A stretch of 62,342 bases of DNA from Chara braunii (taxonomy: Eukaryota > Plantae > Charophyceae). Shown here piece after piece: positions 1 to 13,977 of this stretch. Where the stretch lies: NCBI GenBank assembly GCA_003427395.1, contig BFEA01000006.1, positions 2,944,891 to 3,007,232 on the forward strand, in the 5' to 3' direction. Under the pieces are notes generated by a model that had not been told where the DNA came from, did not search any database, and saw only the letters and a program-made list of their open reading frames with translations. A program made the translations under genes and the position numbers. How positions within the stretch are numbered: the stretch's first letter is position 1; each line of letters starts with the position of its first letter.

Positions 1-730
1 CCTACTGACCCCCTCCTGCAGGGCGGGCCAGTCCTTTATAGTGCTGGCCCGTGCAGGAGGCCGGCCGTGCCAATGCCTCCCTGGCCTAGACCCTGGAAGT
101 TCTTCCAGGCAAGAGCCTGGAAGTTCCCTGAAGTTTCCCTGTAGGGAAACAGGCTGGGGCCTGTAGGCCCTGTCAGAAGGAAGCTTCCAGGCAAGAGCCT
201 GGAAGTTTCCCTGTAGGGAAACAGGCTGGAGGTCCGGGACGGGCCCTGCAGGGCCCGTGTGGCTGCACAATATGCCACACAGGCGTGTGCCGTCTTCTTC
301 CTTGGGTCTGCAGTTCCCAAGTTGCCTTAACGCACAAGCAGCAGCAGCGCTTCCGCATCTCGCAACTGAACAAGTGATGAGCCGCTGCACTGTAGCAGCG
401 AAATATAGGACTTGGCTCGGCTTGGCTTAGCCTGCTTCAGACCGGTACCGGTCGGCCGTGGCCTGTGCAAACATTTTGTCGGTTTGGTGGCTTTCGGACT
501 TTCCTGGACATGCTGCAAAATTGGACTTGGGACTGTCGGACTGGACTGGACGCTTCTGGACTTTTCTTGTTGGGTGATGGACTCCTACCGACCTACGACG
601 CTTCGGTACCGACACCTACGGACCTATGATACTTCAGCCTCTAGAACCTACGGCCTACCCTACGGGACAGCCCTGGGACTTGGGACTTGTTGGGACCCTG
701 GGACCGGGACTGGGTGTCTGCAGCATGAAC
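1..730. repeat. Degenerate low-complexity/short tandem repeats, probably TE-derived
   Basis: Repeated cttccaggcaagagcctggaagtt and tttccctgtagggaaacaggctgg units at ~95-230, plus reiterated ggact/gggac and acctacgg motifs at 495-715. Confidence 0.4.
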
Positions 731-1960
731 CTTTTCAATCTGCATTTAGGGGGTCACAGTACCTGGGGTTAGATACAATCCGTGAAGTCCTAGTGTGAGT
801 ATGCCCCGAGTCTGTGATCTTGAAATAGACTCCCAAAGTCTGAAAACAGGTTGAGAATCTGGAGTGCCTCTGATGCCTCGAGCATCCTGTAAATGACCTC
901 AGCCCTGTAGTCCGAGGAGGGAGCTGATCCTGCGGGCAGTGGGACAGACAGTGGGCCATTGAAGCATCTCTGTGCAAAATGCAATGTTAAATCACATCGC
1001 ATGGTTTGGGCATCAACGAGACAGTTGTCCCTCTTTCCCGTTTTGCTAAGCAACAAAGACTTCGCCTGGACAGGTTTCATTCCAGCAAACTGGACGGCCC
1101 TTCTCATTGGCAGGTGCTGTGGGAAACTGTGGTAGTAAAATGTTGTGCTGTCTACTGAACGAACCTTCCATTACCACTGAAGGAGGTTCTCCTAGGATAG
1201 ACCTGCTGGTTAAAACTCTTGTGCCCTGGAACTAGTGCCTGGGACCACACTACTTGGGACCACTCTAGTTCTGCACAACCACTCTTTGCTGATATAGGAT
1301 ATCAGGCGGTGCCTTGTCAGACCAATAGTAGGTCCAGTACTCACACTAGCATGGCGTTTTTTATGTTATTTGACTTTGCAAGTACGATAAGGTGCATGAC
1401 AATGACCCAGAAAAAAAGACAGCTCACCCATTGATTGGGTCTGTGCATGCTTTCTTTCATCTGTTTTGCCTTTCTTTTTGGGTTTCCCACTCAAGCTTCA
1501 GTCTCCCACTTCTTGTCCGCAAACCATAGCATTAGTGTGTGTTTGTTGGGCGTTATGGCGACACAAAACTGTTGCCATATCTTCTATCTATCTTGTTTTC
1601 ATAGTCTCTAACTTTTATTCGTCAAATCAACACAGGACTTCCACAGGCCTGATGGATCAGGAGATGCACACACACCGGTCCGACCTGATGATTGTGTCCT
1701 CTATAAAGAGAAAACCGATGATCGTCAAGGATTTACATCAGCTCTGTCTCTCCCTCTCTCTTTTTATGTGTGCATCTGTGTGAATGGTTTTGTGCATGTT
1801 TATATGATTGTGTCTGCTTTCAGGGTTTTATTATCTCCAATCATGTGTTCATGCTCCTCTCATTTGGCTTTCTAATGTTATAAACGAAAGGTGATCTGAT
1901 AATGGGCCATGTAATGTCCTAATTTGGTTTGCTGATTGGGATGCTGTGGTGTCGGTGCAG

Positions 1961-2126
1961 GGTTCGTGAAATTCCTAGAGTCATACTACATGATTGTAGT
2001 GACGAAACGGAGACAGATTGGCAGTGTCTGTGGCCATCCAGTGTATGGCATCGACGAGACACAGCTAATTACAATCCCACATTCGTCAGTGATGAGTGAA
2101 GAAGCACATTCGAAGGCTGAGTTGAG
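1961..2126 (+). CDS. FIG4: Internal exon of a SAC-domain phosphoinositide phosphatase (FIG4 / plant SAC1-5 type), N-terminal region
   Basis: Translation GFVKFLESYYMIVVTKRRQIGSVCGHPVYGIDETQLITIPHSSVMSEEAHSKAELR closely matches my recollection of the plant FIG4-like SAC motif (G.IKFLESYY..LVTKRRQIG.ICGH.IY.IDESQLITIPH...HSK.ELR). Bounded by acceptor tgcAG (1959-1960) and donor GTatgg (2127). No stops. Confidence 0.88.
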
Positions 2127-2312
2127 GTATGGAATTTACATCGGCAAAATTATGATGTTTGGTGCAACTGCAGGGCAGAGACCTGCACGAATGGATGTGA
2201 CAATGTGACACTGATAATTGGAGACTGGGAAAGAGGGCATTGGAATGGGAGAAAGCACGTGACAAGTATGGGGGCGCACACATATGACCTGATATGGAGA
2301 ATCACCATGCAC

Positions 2313-2719
2313 TGAAGACAGGCATAAAGGATATGGTTTGGGAGTTGTGAAAAGGGAATGGGTGCAAGGATTGAGCAGCATGTTTCCTACTGGAGTTCTG
2401 GGGGTCACTTACGTTGATTTGGGCTTTCATGGAAGATTGGCATTCCAGGATGGACAGTGGGGGTACACCGTTCTTTAAAAGGTTTGAAAGCAGGTGACAT
2501 GGATAAAGAAATGTGAAGACAGGCATGAAGGATATGGTTTGGGAGTTGTGAAAAGGGAATGGGTGCAAGGATTGAGCAGCATGTTTCCTACTGGGGTTCT
2601 GGGGGTCACTTACGTTGATTTGGGCTTTCATGGAAGATTGGCATTCCAGGATGGACAGTGGGGGTAACCGTTCTTTAAAAGGTTTGAAAGCAGGTGACAT
2701 GGATAAAGAAATGTGAAGA
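2313..2719. repeat. ~201-bp tandem duplication
   Basis: Near-identical units start at 2313 and 2514 (tgaagacaggcat...ggataaagaaatg). Confidence 0.9.
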
Positions 2720-2846
2720 ATGCAAAGGAGAAGGGATATATCTTTTGTTATCTTTAACAAAACAACTGGAGGCCAGCCGCAGCTACGGTGTGGCACAGAA
2801 ATGAGGCGAGCCCCACCTATGTGGGCCAGGGAGGGGGGGGGAGGAA

Positions 2847-2962
2847 TGGGGAAAGGTTCACTGGGGCCATAAATAGATAGGAGCTAATGGGGGAAGGTTC
2901 AATGGGGCCAGAAATAAATAGGAGCTACTGGGGGAAGGTTCAATGGGGCCAGAAATAGCTAT
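2847..2962. repeat. ~40-bp tandem repeat, about 3 copies
   Basis: ggggaaggttcaatggggccagaaata...ggagcta repeated three times. Confidence 0.8.
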
Positions 2963-3201
2963 AATCGCGGTCCAGGATTTGAACTCCTCACCTGTTTATC
3001 AACAGCTACATGTGCATGAAATTCAGGATTTGAACTTGTGACCTGTTGACATGCGTGTACCAGAGCACTTGGAGTGGCTCTGAACCCCGGACCTTGTTTA
3101 TCAATAGCTATGAGAGTGTGTACCATTCGGGATGAGAACTGACTGGGTCTGCTTCAAAACTAATTGTTGTGCGAGACCTGTTCTTCCCTTCAAGGGCTTA
3201 G

Positions 3202-3660
3202 AGGCCACTGCAGGATGGGAGGGGATCAGAATGTATGGCCCGCGGCCTGTCTTTTCCAAAGAAAAAATAAAAACGGCCGACCCGCACAATGTGTGGCAAG
3301 GTTGAACTATGTCATCATATACACAGCAGACATGACATGTCAGCGTGGCTGCCTACGCCTATTTCGACAAACAATAGACATGATATGAATTGGAAGATGT
3401 AAACTGATGGCCACTGCAGGATGGGAGGGGATCAGAATGTCTCGCTTACCCGCGGCCAGGCCACTGCAGGATGGGAGGGGATCAGAATGTATGGCTTACC
3501 CGCGGCCTGGTTTTTCCAAAGAAAAACGGCCGACCTGCGCAATGCGTGGTAAGGTTGAACTATGTCATCATATACACAGCAGACATGACATGTCAGCGTG
3601 GTTGCCTTGGCCTATTTCGACAAACAGTAGACATGATCTGAATTGGAAGATGTAAACTGA
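3202..3660. repeat. ~200-bp tandem duplication with an extra partial unit
   Basis: ggccactgcaggatgggaggggatcagaatgt at ~3202, ~3410 and ~3459. Both full units end in gaattggaagatgtaaactga. Confidence 0.85.
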
Positions 3661-5431
3661 TTAAAATCGCGCGGTGGTCCAGCCGGATCGCCCCGCGATC
3701 TTAAAACTTTAAGATTGCGGGCCAATCGGGGCTGTCGGGCCAGGAACAACCTGGATCGCCGTGCGATCTTTGGACAACTGGTAGGGCCCTGTGCAGAGGG
3801 CCAGGGCGTATTTGGCCATTGCAGGGCGGCGCTGTTGAGCGCATCGGTCCCGTAGGGGGACCCTCTCGGCTGCGCCACGCAGGATTTGTGCAGGACCTTT
3901 TATCGCGATGCAGTGGAGCTTCGTTGCCGCTCCAACCGAGTGCGCCAGCCATACCTCTCGCGAACCCCTATGACCGGATAGGGGCACGCGAGGTACAACT
4001 TACCTTCGCCCAAGGGGCTGTCACCACCCTTGAACAGGTGTATCCCCGTCGATCTATTGAACCACGTGCGAAAGCTAATCAGTTGCAATCGCAGAGGTGG
4101 CCCAACCGAGGGCGTTTCTCGTATGCTGTAGCATAGGGGGTACGTGTGGTTGCACACCTCTATCGGACCCGTATGGGAGCCGGGGCACTGAGTTGCTGAA
4201 GTCCTAAGGGCGACTCGTCGTTGGCCGACTAGGTCGCATCCTTCTTACCACGCGTCACACCACGCCATAATAAAGAATCAAGCTACTCAGACAAACAAAG
4301 TACTCCTAGTCCTTTTGTATCCAACCCATAACGTTTCCGACACGGGAATCAATTAGGCGTCACTAGCGAGACTCAGGATAAATACCGCGGGGACGCAGGC
4401 TTTCTCACATCGACTAGCCATGCCTGAATATGCAAGCAGTCGTAATGATGGTGTACTATGTAGTACTCATAATCATGTGGCCTTCAATGGTCTTGAGGGT
4501 CACTTTCGACACTCAAGTGTCCGTTGACACGCGCCTAGAGGGGTTAATCTCTCGCCGCTAGACAACCACTAAGGCGGTTGAGAGTGCTACCCTCTTCTGC
4601 ATCCTGTGGAGAGTGGGTGGTAGACGGGTGATGGTTGGCGCTTATGGCCATGGAGACGAGCTTCATCATCCAACGCCCGGAAAGAAGTCAAGGGGTTTGA
4701 CTTTGACGAGCGCCACGGACTTCAACCTCCAACTATAAAAATTAACAAGCAAAATCACTCGGTAAATAAATAAGCGTCCCAACAACCATGTTAAACAAAA
4801 ACTCGAGGTAAAATAAAAGGGGGAAAGATAAACCTATCAGGTATGTAGATCGTGCGACACAGGGTTGTCATTCTCACTGCCTCCAAGGTAAGGCTCGTAC
4901 ACAAGCTCCAAAACACTAACTTGCATACGAAAGTCACATTGCCATACACCAATGTGGTCAACTTTACTGTTCCCTGTAACTCACACCATGCCTCTCACAC
5001 TGAAGCCCCAGCCATTGTCCAACTTTCCATAAACCCATCAATTTTTTATAATGGCCATTAAAAGAAGTCCGGTTAGAACTCTCAAAGAAACATATTAAAT
5101 CTCAGGGCTAAGGCATCAAGTTGAGGTACGGGTGTAAGCAAAGTTGTGTCATGAGCCGACAAATCGACAATTAACCAACCGACGTGTTATACAAAGATAA
5201 CAAAAGACGGTCCTCGTAGGATCGGGCTGAAACTAGTCAAATCTTGAATCGGAGTGGCAAAGAAGGACGTGTAACACAACATAGGCCAAATCCCAATACT
5301 AAACATTAAGTGTATGCAAAATAAACCCCCATATCACATCTCACTCTAATCCTTCAAAAGGCTAAATTTTAAATCTACCTCTCAATGAGCACCTGAGAAT
5401 AAGGAAAATTTTGGCAGCATTTCCCCTATTG

Positions 5432-6205
5432 CAAGGAAAATGAGTGATAGCAAAGTTCAGAAACCAAGTCGCATCATACACATGAAACCAGACAGCCTTG
5501 ACCTCGAACCAAAAGCAAAATTGCAACTCGAGTTACACCAAACAAGAGCACAACAAAGCTCACAAATGACAATGTTGGAATAGTCTCGTCATCATCATCA
5601 ATGAACCAATGCCCATAACCCATCTGGCGCTCAACACCTAGACTACAAATGGCAAATCCTATTTAGCCTATCTACAATACCGCTGGTGACCACAACAACT
5701 GCCCGAAGTACGAGCAGATCTCGGCTAATGCCGTTCACATTAAGCACCAAGTATGTCCCTCGTTGCACTCACACCCTAGATCCTCCACACAAATGCCACA
5801 TGCACCCGAAGACCACCATGCGCTCTATCCAGCAACACACAGGCCAGTTCGGCTATGGCTGCCAGATTCTTCCCTACTTGCCCGTAAGCACGTAGGCACT
5901 CGCTTCAACAGCTGGCTTAGCAGCGCTTGCGTATAAGCAGTGAGTGCCCGAATGTCTGGCCAGCGGCCAGGCCCTTTCCTTTATGGAAAGTGACGGTCGG
6001 ACGTGGGCTGCCTGGCTACATTTGGAAAAGGGAAGGTAGGGCCTGGGCTCACTCAACCAACTGACGCTGCGCAACTGCTTGAATTTCCCCAGTTGCGTCG
6101 AAACACAAATAGGCCTCTCGTCACTTGTCAGGCCCGCCTTCACTGATGGCGGCCGTTCTTGCTAAAACAGGGCCCAATAGGGCTTACTGAGGCCTTTAGC
6201 CTCGC
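5432..6205. repeat. Direct duplicate of 13345-14290, flanking the Gypsy element
   Basis: Shared text, e.g. catacacatgaaaccagacag...ctcgagttacaccaaacaag and ggcagggc.tgggctcactcaaccaactgacgctgcgcaactgc. Confidence 0.85.
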
Positions 6206-6229
6206 GTTCCCTCCTCCGTACTTCGATAG

Positions 6230-9200
6230 TCCTCTGAGAAGTTCATTGAATTTGGCGTTTTCCTTTTGCAACTTCTCATAGTGAGTGACAACCTGTGGAG
6301 CGGTCTGCATCAGTTCCTCCCTTGTAAACCATCTGTCCTCTTTTGGATCAGTGTGATGTTTGAACCAAACGGGATACTGCAGCTTCGGCTTCGGTGGACG
6401 ACCCTTGCCTGTTGGTCTTGGAACCGACATTTCCCTGTGGTCAACGTTGTCGATGTCGACCTCTTCATCCATGGTTGGGGCCAGCATTGATCGACGAGAG
6501 GGAAACTGGTCAGTTTCCTTGAAAGGTGCAAGTTTGGAGGTGTGAAAGACAGAGTAGGTGCGAAGGTGACCAGGGATTTGCACGACATAGAAAGGCCCAT
6601 TGGGATCATCTTCGCTCACATCTAAAACCTGCCATGGTCCGAAGTACTGGGGCATGAGCTTACGAGAGATTTCGTGCTCTTGCCCAAGTTCAAACGACTT
6701 CACCCAGACTCTATCCCCAACGTGAAATGCAGATGGGCGGCGGTGTTTGTTCTGAGACTCTATCATAGCCGCCTGTGCTTTGTGCATGTTATCCACTGCT
6801 TGCTGCATAAGGTCTTCATGCTAGTAAGCAAATTCCGAAGTACCAGGCGCAGCAGTGGGCTGGTTCGCAGGTAATACGAAGTCTAGAGGCAGTTGAGGTT
6901 TGGAAGTTAGCAGCAAACTGTTGGGACTCACCCTTGTAGCGTTGTGCACAGCGTTGTTGCACAGGCTGGCGATGAGAGCAAGCTTCTTATCCCAGTCCAC
7001 CTGATTAGGCTTGATATAGTGCCTCAACAAGTGTTGTACAACGCGGTTCATCTACTCTGCTTGTCTGTTGGCCTCTGGGTGGTTCCCGGAGGTCATCTGC
7101 AGCTGGGTGCCTTGTTCAACAGCTGCGGCCTTCCGTTACTCACTTGTGAAACGCACACCCCGGTCACTAACAATAGACTTTGGTAGACCAAAGTCTCTGA
7201 CCAAGTTTGCCTTAAAACAATCTAATAACATACTCGGTCTTCGCTGTTTCGGGCATCGCAACTAATCTAGCGTACTTACTAAACCTATCCACAATGACAA
7301 AGATGTATCTCATACTACTCTTGCTGGTGACCAGCGTATCCATGAAGTCCACGGACATGCTCTCACCTGGCCTTTCCGGAATCGGAGCGGGCTTGAGAAG
7401 CCCAAGAGGGCCCTGTGTACGTGGCTTGTCTCTCTGGCACACTTGACAAGTTTCCACATACAGCTTGGCATCTTTCATCATGGTGGGCCACCAAAATTGC
7501 TGCAACAAGTTAGCTGCAATCTTCTTGTAGCGAAAATGTATGGTGGCATCATGACACTCCCCTAAAAATAAACTACGTAGAGACGCTATTTGGCACACAC
7601 AAACAGTTGATCTCGGCCTTCTCACGGAACAATAGGCCATTGACCAACACAAACTCTCATAAGTCACCTTGTCCTTCGCCTCGGGTTGTGTATGATCTCT
7701 GCCATGAACGGATCTTCGCGAAAGGCTTCCACGAAGGACTGAGTAACATCGCCCGCAAGCCCAACTCAGTAATCAGCGCCCCAAGGAAGTCTGGTCTACA
7801 TGACAGCGCATCAGCAACCTTGTTGTACTTCCCTTTGATTTATTGAGGTTCGAAGTCATATTGTTCTATGACTTCAACCGAGCGTTTCAAAGCATTGGAG
7901 AGTACCAGTTGGGTCCTTATCCACCTCAGGGTCTGATGATCAGTCCTGGCGTAGAAGAATAGCCCCAGGAGGTAGTGCCTCCAGTGAGTCAACGCTTTGT
8001 AAATCGCATAGAGTTCCTTCTCGTAGGTGGACTTAGCTAACTTTTGAGAGGGCATCTTTTTGGACATGTACTCTACCAGCCTCAACTTTTTCCCCTCCTG
8101 CTGCGCAAGTACGGCACCAATGCCATATTGTCTGGCATCCGTGGTCACAACGAAAGGTTTGTCAGGGTCAGGAAGTTTCAAGACCTCGTGGTGTGTCAAA
8201 GAATGCAAGATGTCTGAAGGCAACCTCACACCGGTCTGTCCATTCCCACGGGGTGTCAAGGCATGTGAGATCCGACAAGGGTGCGGCCACGATGCTATAG
8301 CTCTTCACAGAATTGTGGTAGTATCTGTTCATCCCCAAGGACCTCACCTTAGTCACAGACTAAGGACGCGGCCCGTCACGAATGTTGGTCACCTTCGCAT
8401 CATCGGGCTTCAATCCCTCCACCGAAATCTCATGACCCAGGTACAAGATACGATTGCGGCCAAACTCGCATTTCTCCCGGTTAATCTTGAACTGGTGCTG
8501 CCGTAGGAGACTCGGTACTTTATCTAGATGGGCTACATGTTCCTCGACAGTCCGACTAAAGATAAGTATGTCGTCGAGGTACACGATGACAAACTTATCT
8601 ACGTAGTCATGAAAAACCTGGTTCATCGCGTGTTGAAAGGTGCAAGGAGCTTTGCAAAGGTCGAAAGGCATCACCACTAACTCGTATAGACCGTACGTTG
8701 TCTGAAAAGCGGTTTTGTGTTGATCCTCGGACCGGATTGCAATCTGATGATACTCGGATTTCAGATCTATCTTACTGAAGTACCGTCACCTTTGCACTCG
8801 GTCCAATAAGTCATTGATGCGCGGTAGGGGCTCTGCATTCTTCACAGTGATGGCATTGAGGCCCCTTGGTACAAATAAGACAGGAGATTCACAAGGGGAG
8901 ACACTCGGCCGGATCCAACCCTTCTCTATGAGATCCTTGAGTTGTCGGTGAAGCTCATCAAGGTCCACTGGAGACATCCGATAGATCCTTCCCTTGAGAA
9001 TGCTAGACCCTGGGATAATCTCTATCGCATGGACAACCTCCCTCTCAACAACCCCTTTCGGCTCTTCAAATAGATTCGGGTATTTAGCGACCACTCCCTC
9101 TATCTTTAGAGGCATTTTCACCGGCTCACCCTCTGCAGAGACATACACTAAGTACATACCCTCCTCCAGATTTTGTTTATAATAATTATAGAATGCGGTC

Positions 9201-9652
9201 GCACACATGCACGCATAGGACTCGATCAAACTACTAGCTTTATGCTTACGCAATCTTGCAGTCCCTCCACCGGGCAACGTGTGTTTGACCACTTTTCGGT
9301 CTCAGTCAAACTGGGGTTGTGCAACCGAAAGGTAGTACATGCCAAGCAAGATATCCATAGGGAGATCATCGCTGACTAGGAATGAGATTTTATGTCTCAG
9401 TTCCCCTCCCGGGTACGGGAAACAACACTCCACATCTTTTAGGTAGTCATTAACTACCATGCGTTGTTTGTTGGCACAAGTCGACTCCACGGGTTGACCG
9501 AGGCGCTGCACTTGCCCCTGTAAGCACGGCCAATCAGCACAAGCACGACTGATAAAGTTCCTCGTCGAGAATGTATCGTAGAAGGCCCCAGCCTTACGAC
9601 CGCCTATAACTACCTCGCCGACGAACAACTCACCCTTAGGAGCTTTAGCCAT
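6230..9652 (-). pseudogene. Gypsy pol remnant (protease, RT, RNase H, integrase, GPY/F, chromodomain)
   Basis: AFYDTFSTRNFIS (protease), YLDDILIF (RT), TTDARQYGIGAVL / YEKELYAI (RNase H), CHD...H...CQVCQ and SVDFM...IVDRFSK (integrase), PQYFGPW...VFHTSKL, QYPVWFK...EDRWFTREEL (chromo). Many frameshifts and stops. Confidence 0.92.
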
Positions 9653-9699
9653 GGCCGTCCAAGAAGTTAGCGGGTTTGAGGGGACTCTAACACATTCAT

Positions 9700-11667
9700 C
9701 GAAGAGAGTACTAATTGGTTTGAATGTGCTCGCATGACCGCGTCATAGTTAATAGCTTGGGCCATCTCTCGAGACGGCGAGGGTGTAACCACCATCTCGA
9801 CCCTAATAGGAACAACTACAATTCCTATTGGCCCGGCGTATTTCCCAAAGGAGTGCCAGAAGTGCTGGCAACATTGCTACCCTGGGGAGCGGAGGAGGTC
9901 TACGCCTGTCCCATCGTAGGCGGGATCTTTTCCGTGACCTTCCAGTTGCGACACTTGAACTGTGTATGGGCATGCTGGCCACAACGAATACAAGCTGCTC
10001 GAGCGTACCAATCTCTCCACACGTCCTCAGTAAGCTCCGCTTTCTCCTATGGAGGAGCATTGGGGTCTACTTGACTCTTTGACCGGGAACCTCCGCGGCG
10101 TCTACGAGTCGCCCTACCTTTTTGTACTGAGGCAGCGACTGCTCCACCCCTGAAGCTTTTGCGCTACCCGACTCTGACCCTACTCCATTTGGAAGTCGTC
10201 GTCCAACTCTATGGTAGTACCATTGTTGTCGACGAACATGATGTGCCCCTTGGCCTTCCAGTTAGGAGGCAGTGCCTTTTTCCTACCATCCGCAGTGGGT
10301 TGGTGCCCATGCTCGATCTTTGCCTCTAGATCTAGGCCCTTCTTGCTGAACGAGGGAAAGTTGTGAACCGTGATCATAGCCTCACCCGCCATTTGATTCC
10401 TGAGCTCCATGGGGAGACACCTCAGGTAAGTGGCAAGTAAGACCTGGGGGTTGTAGGGCACTCCAAGAACACACAGCAGATGCTCAACTGCATCTGTGGC
10501 ATCCCTCACTGACATGAACTTCCTTGAGTTGAGGGTCAATACCCTGTTGGTGGCCTTTTGAGCCTCCTGCAGTTCATGCCACCTTTCTTCCACCAACTTG
10601 AGGAAATCATCCAATTTCTGGGTGATTCGCCCAAGCGCAGAAGTCACGACCGTACCCCTGTAATTGCACTTACATGCTTAACCACCTCGCTGCACTCCCT
10701 TCAAGATAGGAGGCAGCCACAAACACTTCCTCGTGAGGCAAGGTTAACTTGCACTTCACGTAGACTGGCACCGTCCTCAACCATGTGTCAAGGTCCTCAC
10801 CCTTCTTATCTCCCGAGAAGGGTTTGCGTGATGCGATGGCAGTCTTCAGAACCCTTTGTCCTTGTCCCGGTACCTGCACAACTCCAGGCTGTGGGCCCGG
10901 GAGTGCAGGCTGCTGCACTTGCTGCTGTTGGGGCTGTGTGCTCTGCGGCTGTGCTGGCTGCGAGACGGCAGGCTGCCTTGTTACGGCAGTCTGCAACGGA
11001 GGTTGGGAGACACTATCTGCACATGAATCTGTACACTAGGACCTGTCGAGAACCCGCCTGTCAAAGGCATAACCAGATGGGAAGCATCCTGTACCGACGC
11101 CAGAGAAAGTGTGGATGGGACTACTCCAGTTACCGGTGGGACAAAAGGAGGAGGCTGTACCACGGGCCAGGCACCTGGCCCAGATGGTGATGGTGTGACG
11201 TTAACACGCCCGACCAGCACGGCCAGGCTCCTGTGAATGTCTTGCAAGAGAGCCGTATGGTAATCGTGCATCTCCACTACATCTAGCAGGGTCGTCCTAA
11301 CGGTCCTTACATCATCATCCATATTTGTCTGATCCATCTCCTCTATCTCCCTGATGTCCGCTTGTCTCCGCTGCATCCTAGATCTACGTCTGATCATTCT
11401 TTCTTTTTCTGCTTGTATCTCATCCAATGCCTGCTGTAGCTGTGCTTTGCGAGCGGTTGCTCGCTGGATGGCGACCTCCTCGGGAGTTAACACTGGCTGC
11501 TGGCTTGCCATTACACCAGCGGGCTGACTTTGGGTTTGTATGACCGTCGCCCCGACAGTCCTTGAACTACTGGCCTGGGAACTCTGCTGCGGAGAGGTGG
11601 CCATGGTGGCTGCTGAGGTAGCTGCCTCCCTTGCAAAAGCTTTGTTTGTCTTTCTGTCCCTCGCCAA
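9700..11667 (-). pseudogene. Gypsy gag remnant
   Basis: KPFSGDKKGEDLDTWL...AASYLEGSAARWL retrotransposon gag motif. CCHC knuckle CIRCGQHAHTQFKC at ~9945-9985. Frameshifted. Confidence 0.85.
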
Positions 11668-11887
11668 CCTCTGTTGTCGCTGCCTCTCCCTAGGCTCCTA
11701 ACGCTACCTGGACCAACGGGAGTCGACGGCTTGATGAACGCAAGATCCGATCGTTCGGATCAGGGTTCTCCTTGTTGCTCATATGCTACAACACTGTACA
11801 TTGTCTACACTAGGACACAATCGGTTGCCTACCGCAGCGTATTGCTCAGACTGATTTAAAATAATAGAAATAAATAATCGGTGGCAT

Positions 11888-13007
11888 TGTCAGATGGTAC
11901 ACATTTGGGTTCAATAGGTAAGTCCAGATTCCTACAAATAAGACTCTTTTACTTGACTAGTCAACAAACAGAGAGCAAATATTCTACCTATGCTGTCTGT
12001 TAAATGTGTTAATGGCTCTTCATGTAACTAATCAAAATAAAAATAGAACCATTTGTATGGCTGTTTGCAGAGTGGAATTGTTCCCAAACTTGTCACCTGA
12101 AATCTACCCCTCCCTCGGTCTTCTTGATGTCACTTGACGTCAGCGTTCCTGAGCAATCCGGATGGCGCTGGTGTTTAAAGTTGTGCATGGCCCACCCATG
12201 TGCCCCAAGTCAATGTTGAGCTGGCCAGCCCTGCACCATATTTACCCTCGCATGCAGCGAGCCTTACATTGACCAATTGGCTGATCAAGAGGCAGTGGAA
12301 GGACGCTCCCCGAGGTCCTTAGGAATTATTTAACGTCTAGGATGACGATCACATCGCCGGTACTTATTTAAAGACGTCCAGTTCTCGTCTTCCCTGTAGG
12401 GCTGGCCTGCCCCTCATGACCTATCTATAGCGCAGCAGGCAGACAAAGGACAGAGCAGCAAAGCATGCGTGTTCTACTCCCGGTGGGTTGGCATGGTGAC
12501 CGTGACCCAGTGCTTCGTCCAAGGCCCTTCNNNNNNNNNNNNNNNNNNNNNNNNNNNNNNNNNNNNNNNNNNNNNNNNNNNNNNNNNNNNNNNNNNNNNN
12601 NNNNNNNNNNNNNNNNNNNNNNNNNNNNNNNNNNNNNNNNNNNNNNNNNNNNNNNNNNNNNNNNNNNNNNNNNNNNNNNNNNNNNNNNNNNNNNNNNNNN
12701 NNNNNNNNNNNNNNNNNNNNNNNNNNNNNNNNNNNNNNNNNNNNNNNNNNNNNNNNNNNNNNNNNNNNNNNNNNNNNNNNNNNNNAGCATGCGTGTTCTA
12801 CTCCCGGTGGGTTGGCATGGTGACCGTGACCCAGTGCTTCGTCCAAGGCCCTTCAGATGGCTGCTCTCTCCTTCCAGATGGTCCATGTGAACAATACCAA
12901 CTCTCAAGGTTGAGTGCACTCGACTCCTCACATGAGAGGACTCTCAAGACAAAACACATCCTCACGGTAAGAAGTGTCGGAGAGGGTAGATAAGGTTAAG
13001 AGCAACA
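11888..13007 (-). repeat. Candidate 5' LTR of Gypsy element 1
   Basis: Non-coding TGTC...AACA-bounded segment upstream of gag. No second copy is present to confirm it, and it contains a gap. Confidence 0.35.
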
Positions 13008-13977
13008 TACCTCAAAATAGCTGCCCCCAACCACAAATATTCTCACCAAATGATCTGACGTCGATTGCGATGACCAATCATTGCCTTGGCACAACCGGCA
13101 TTATACCGTCGTTCCACCTCAGCATCAATCACACATCAGATAGTTCTCATCACACTGCAAAACACCCAATGTCACCACACAACTTTCTTCGCGATACCCC
13201 TCTCCTCCTAGGTCGCCTGCTTGCCTTCACCCTCCTCACTACACGCTACGCACGGTTGCTCACCCAACTAACCACGTGCATGCACCGCATAAGCAAAAGA
13301 CAAGCGCCTGATGAGCGCAACGCACCACAACTCCGATACCAAAATGCAACGAAAATGAGCAATAGCGAAATTCAGAAACCAAGTCGCGTCATACACATGA
13401 AACCAGACAGTCTTGACCTCGAACCAAAAGCAGAATTGCAACTCGAGTTACACCAAACAAAGTGAGCGATAGTGAAATTCACAAACCAAGCCGCATCATA
13501 CACATGAAACCAGACAGTCTTGACCTTGAACCAAAAGCAGAATTGCAACTCGAGTTACACCAAACAAGAGCACAACAAAGCTCACAAATGACGAAGTCGA
13601 AATAGTCTCGTCATCATCATCAATGAACCAATGTCCACACCCCATCTGGGGCTCAACGCCCAGACCACAAATGGCAGATCATATCTAGCCTATCTACACA
13701 CGCTAGATCCTTCACACAGATGTCACATGGATCCGAAGACCACCATGTGCCCCATCCAGCAACGCGCACGCCAACTCGGCTATGGCTGCCTGCTTCTTCC
13801 TTGCTCGCTCTCGAGCGCGTAGGCACTCGCTTCAGGAGCTGGCGCAGCACCACTTGCGCATAAGCAGCAAGTGCCCGAATGTCTGGCCAGCGGCCAGGCC
13901 CTTTCCTTTATGGAAAGTGACTGCCGGTCGTGGGCTGCCTGGCTGGCGTGGGCCTCCCCACGGAAGCTTTTAGTAGG

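Larger units (their letters stand above)
6206..13007 (-). mobile_element. Decayed Ty3/Gypsy (chromovirus-type) LTR retrotransposon lacking its 3' LTR
   Basis: Order gag-PR-RT-RH-INT-chromodomain on the minus strand. PPT-like ggaggagggaa at 6207-6217. Candidate 5' LTR 11888-13007. Confidence 0.9.

Noticed and set aside
4019-4045. TGTCACCACCCTTGAACAGG as an alternative left end / TIR of element X
   Set aside because: Only loose similarity to the right end, and no matching TSD.
12462-12854. Identical ~69-bp repeats on either side of an N gap
   Set aside because: Most likely an unmerged contig overlap rather than a real repeat.
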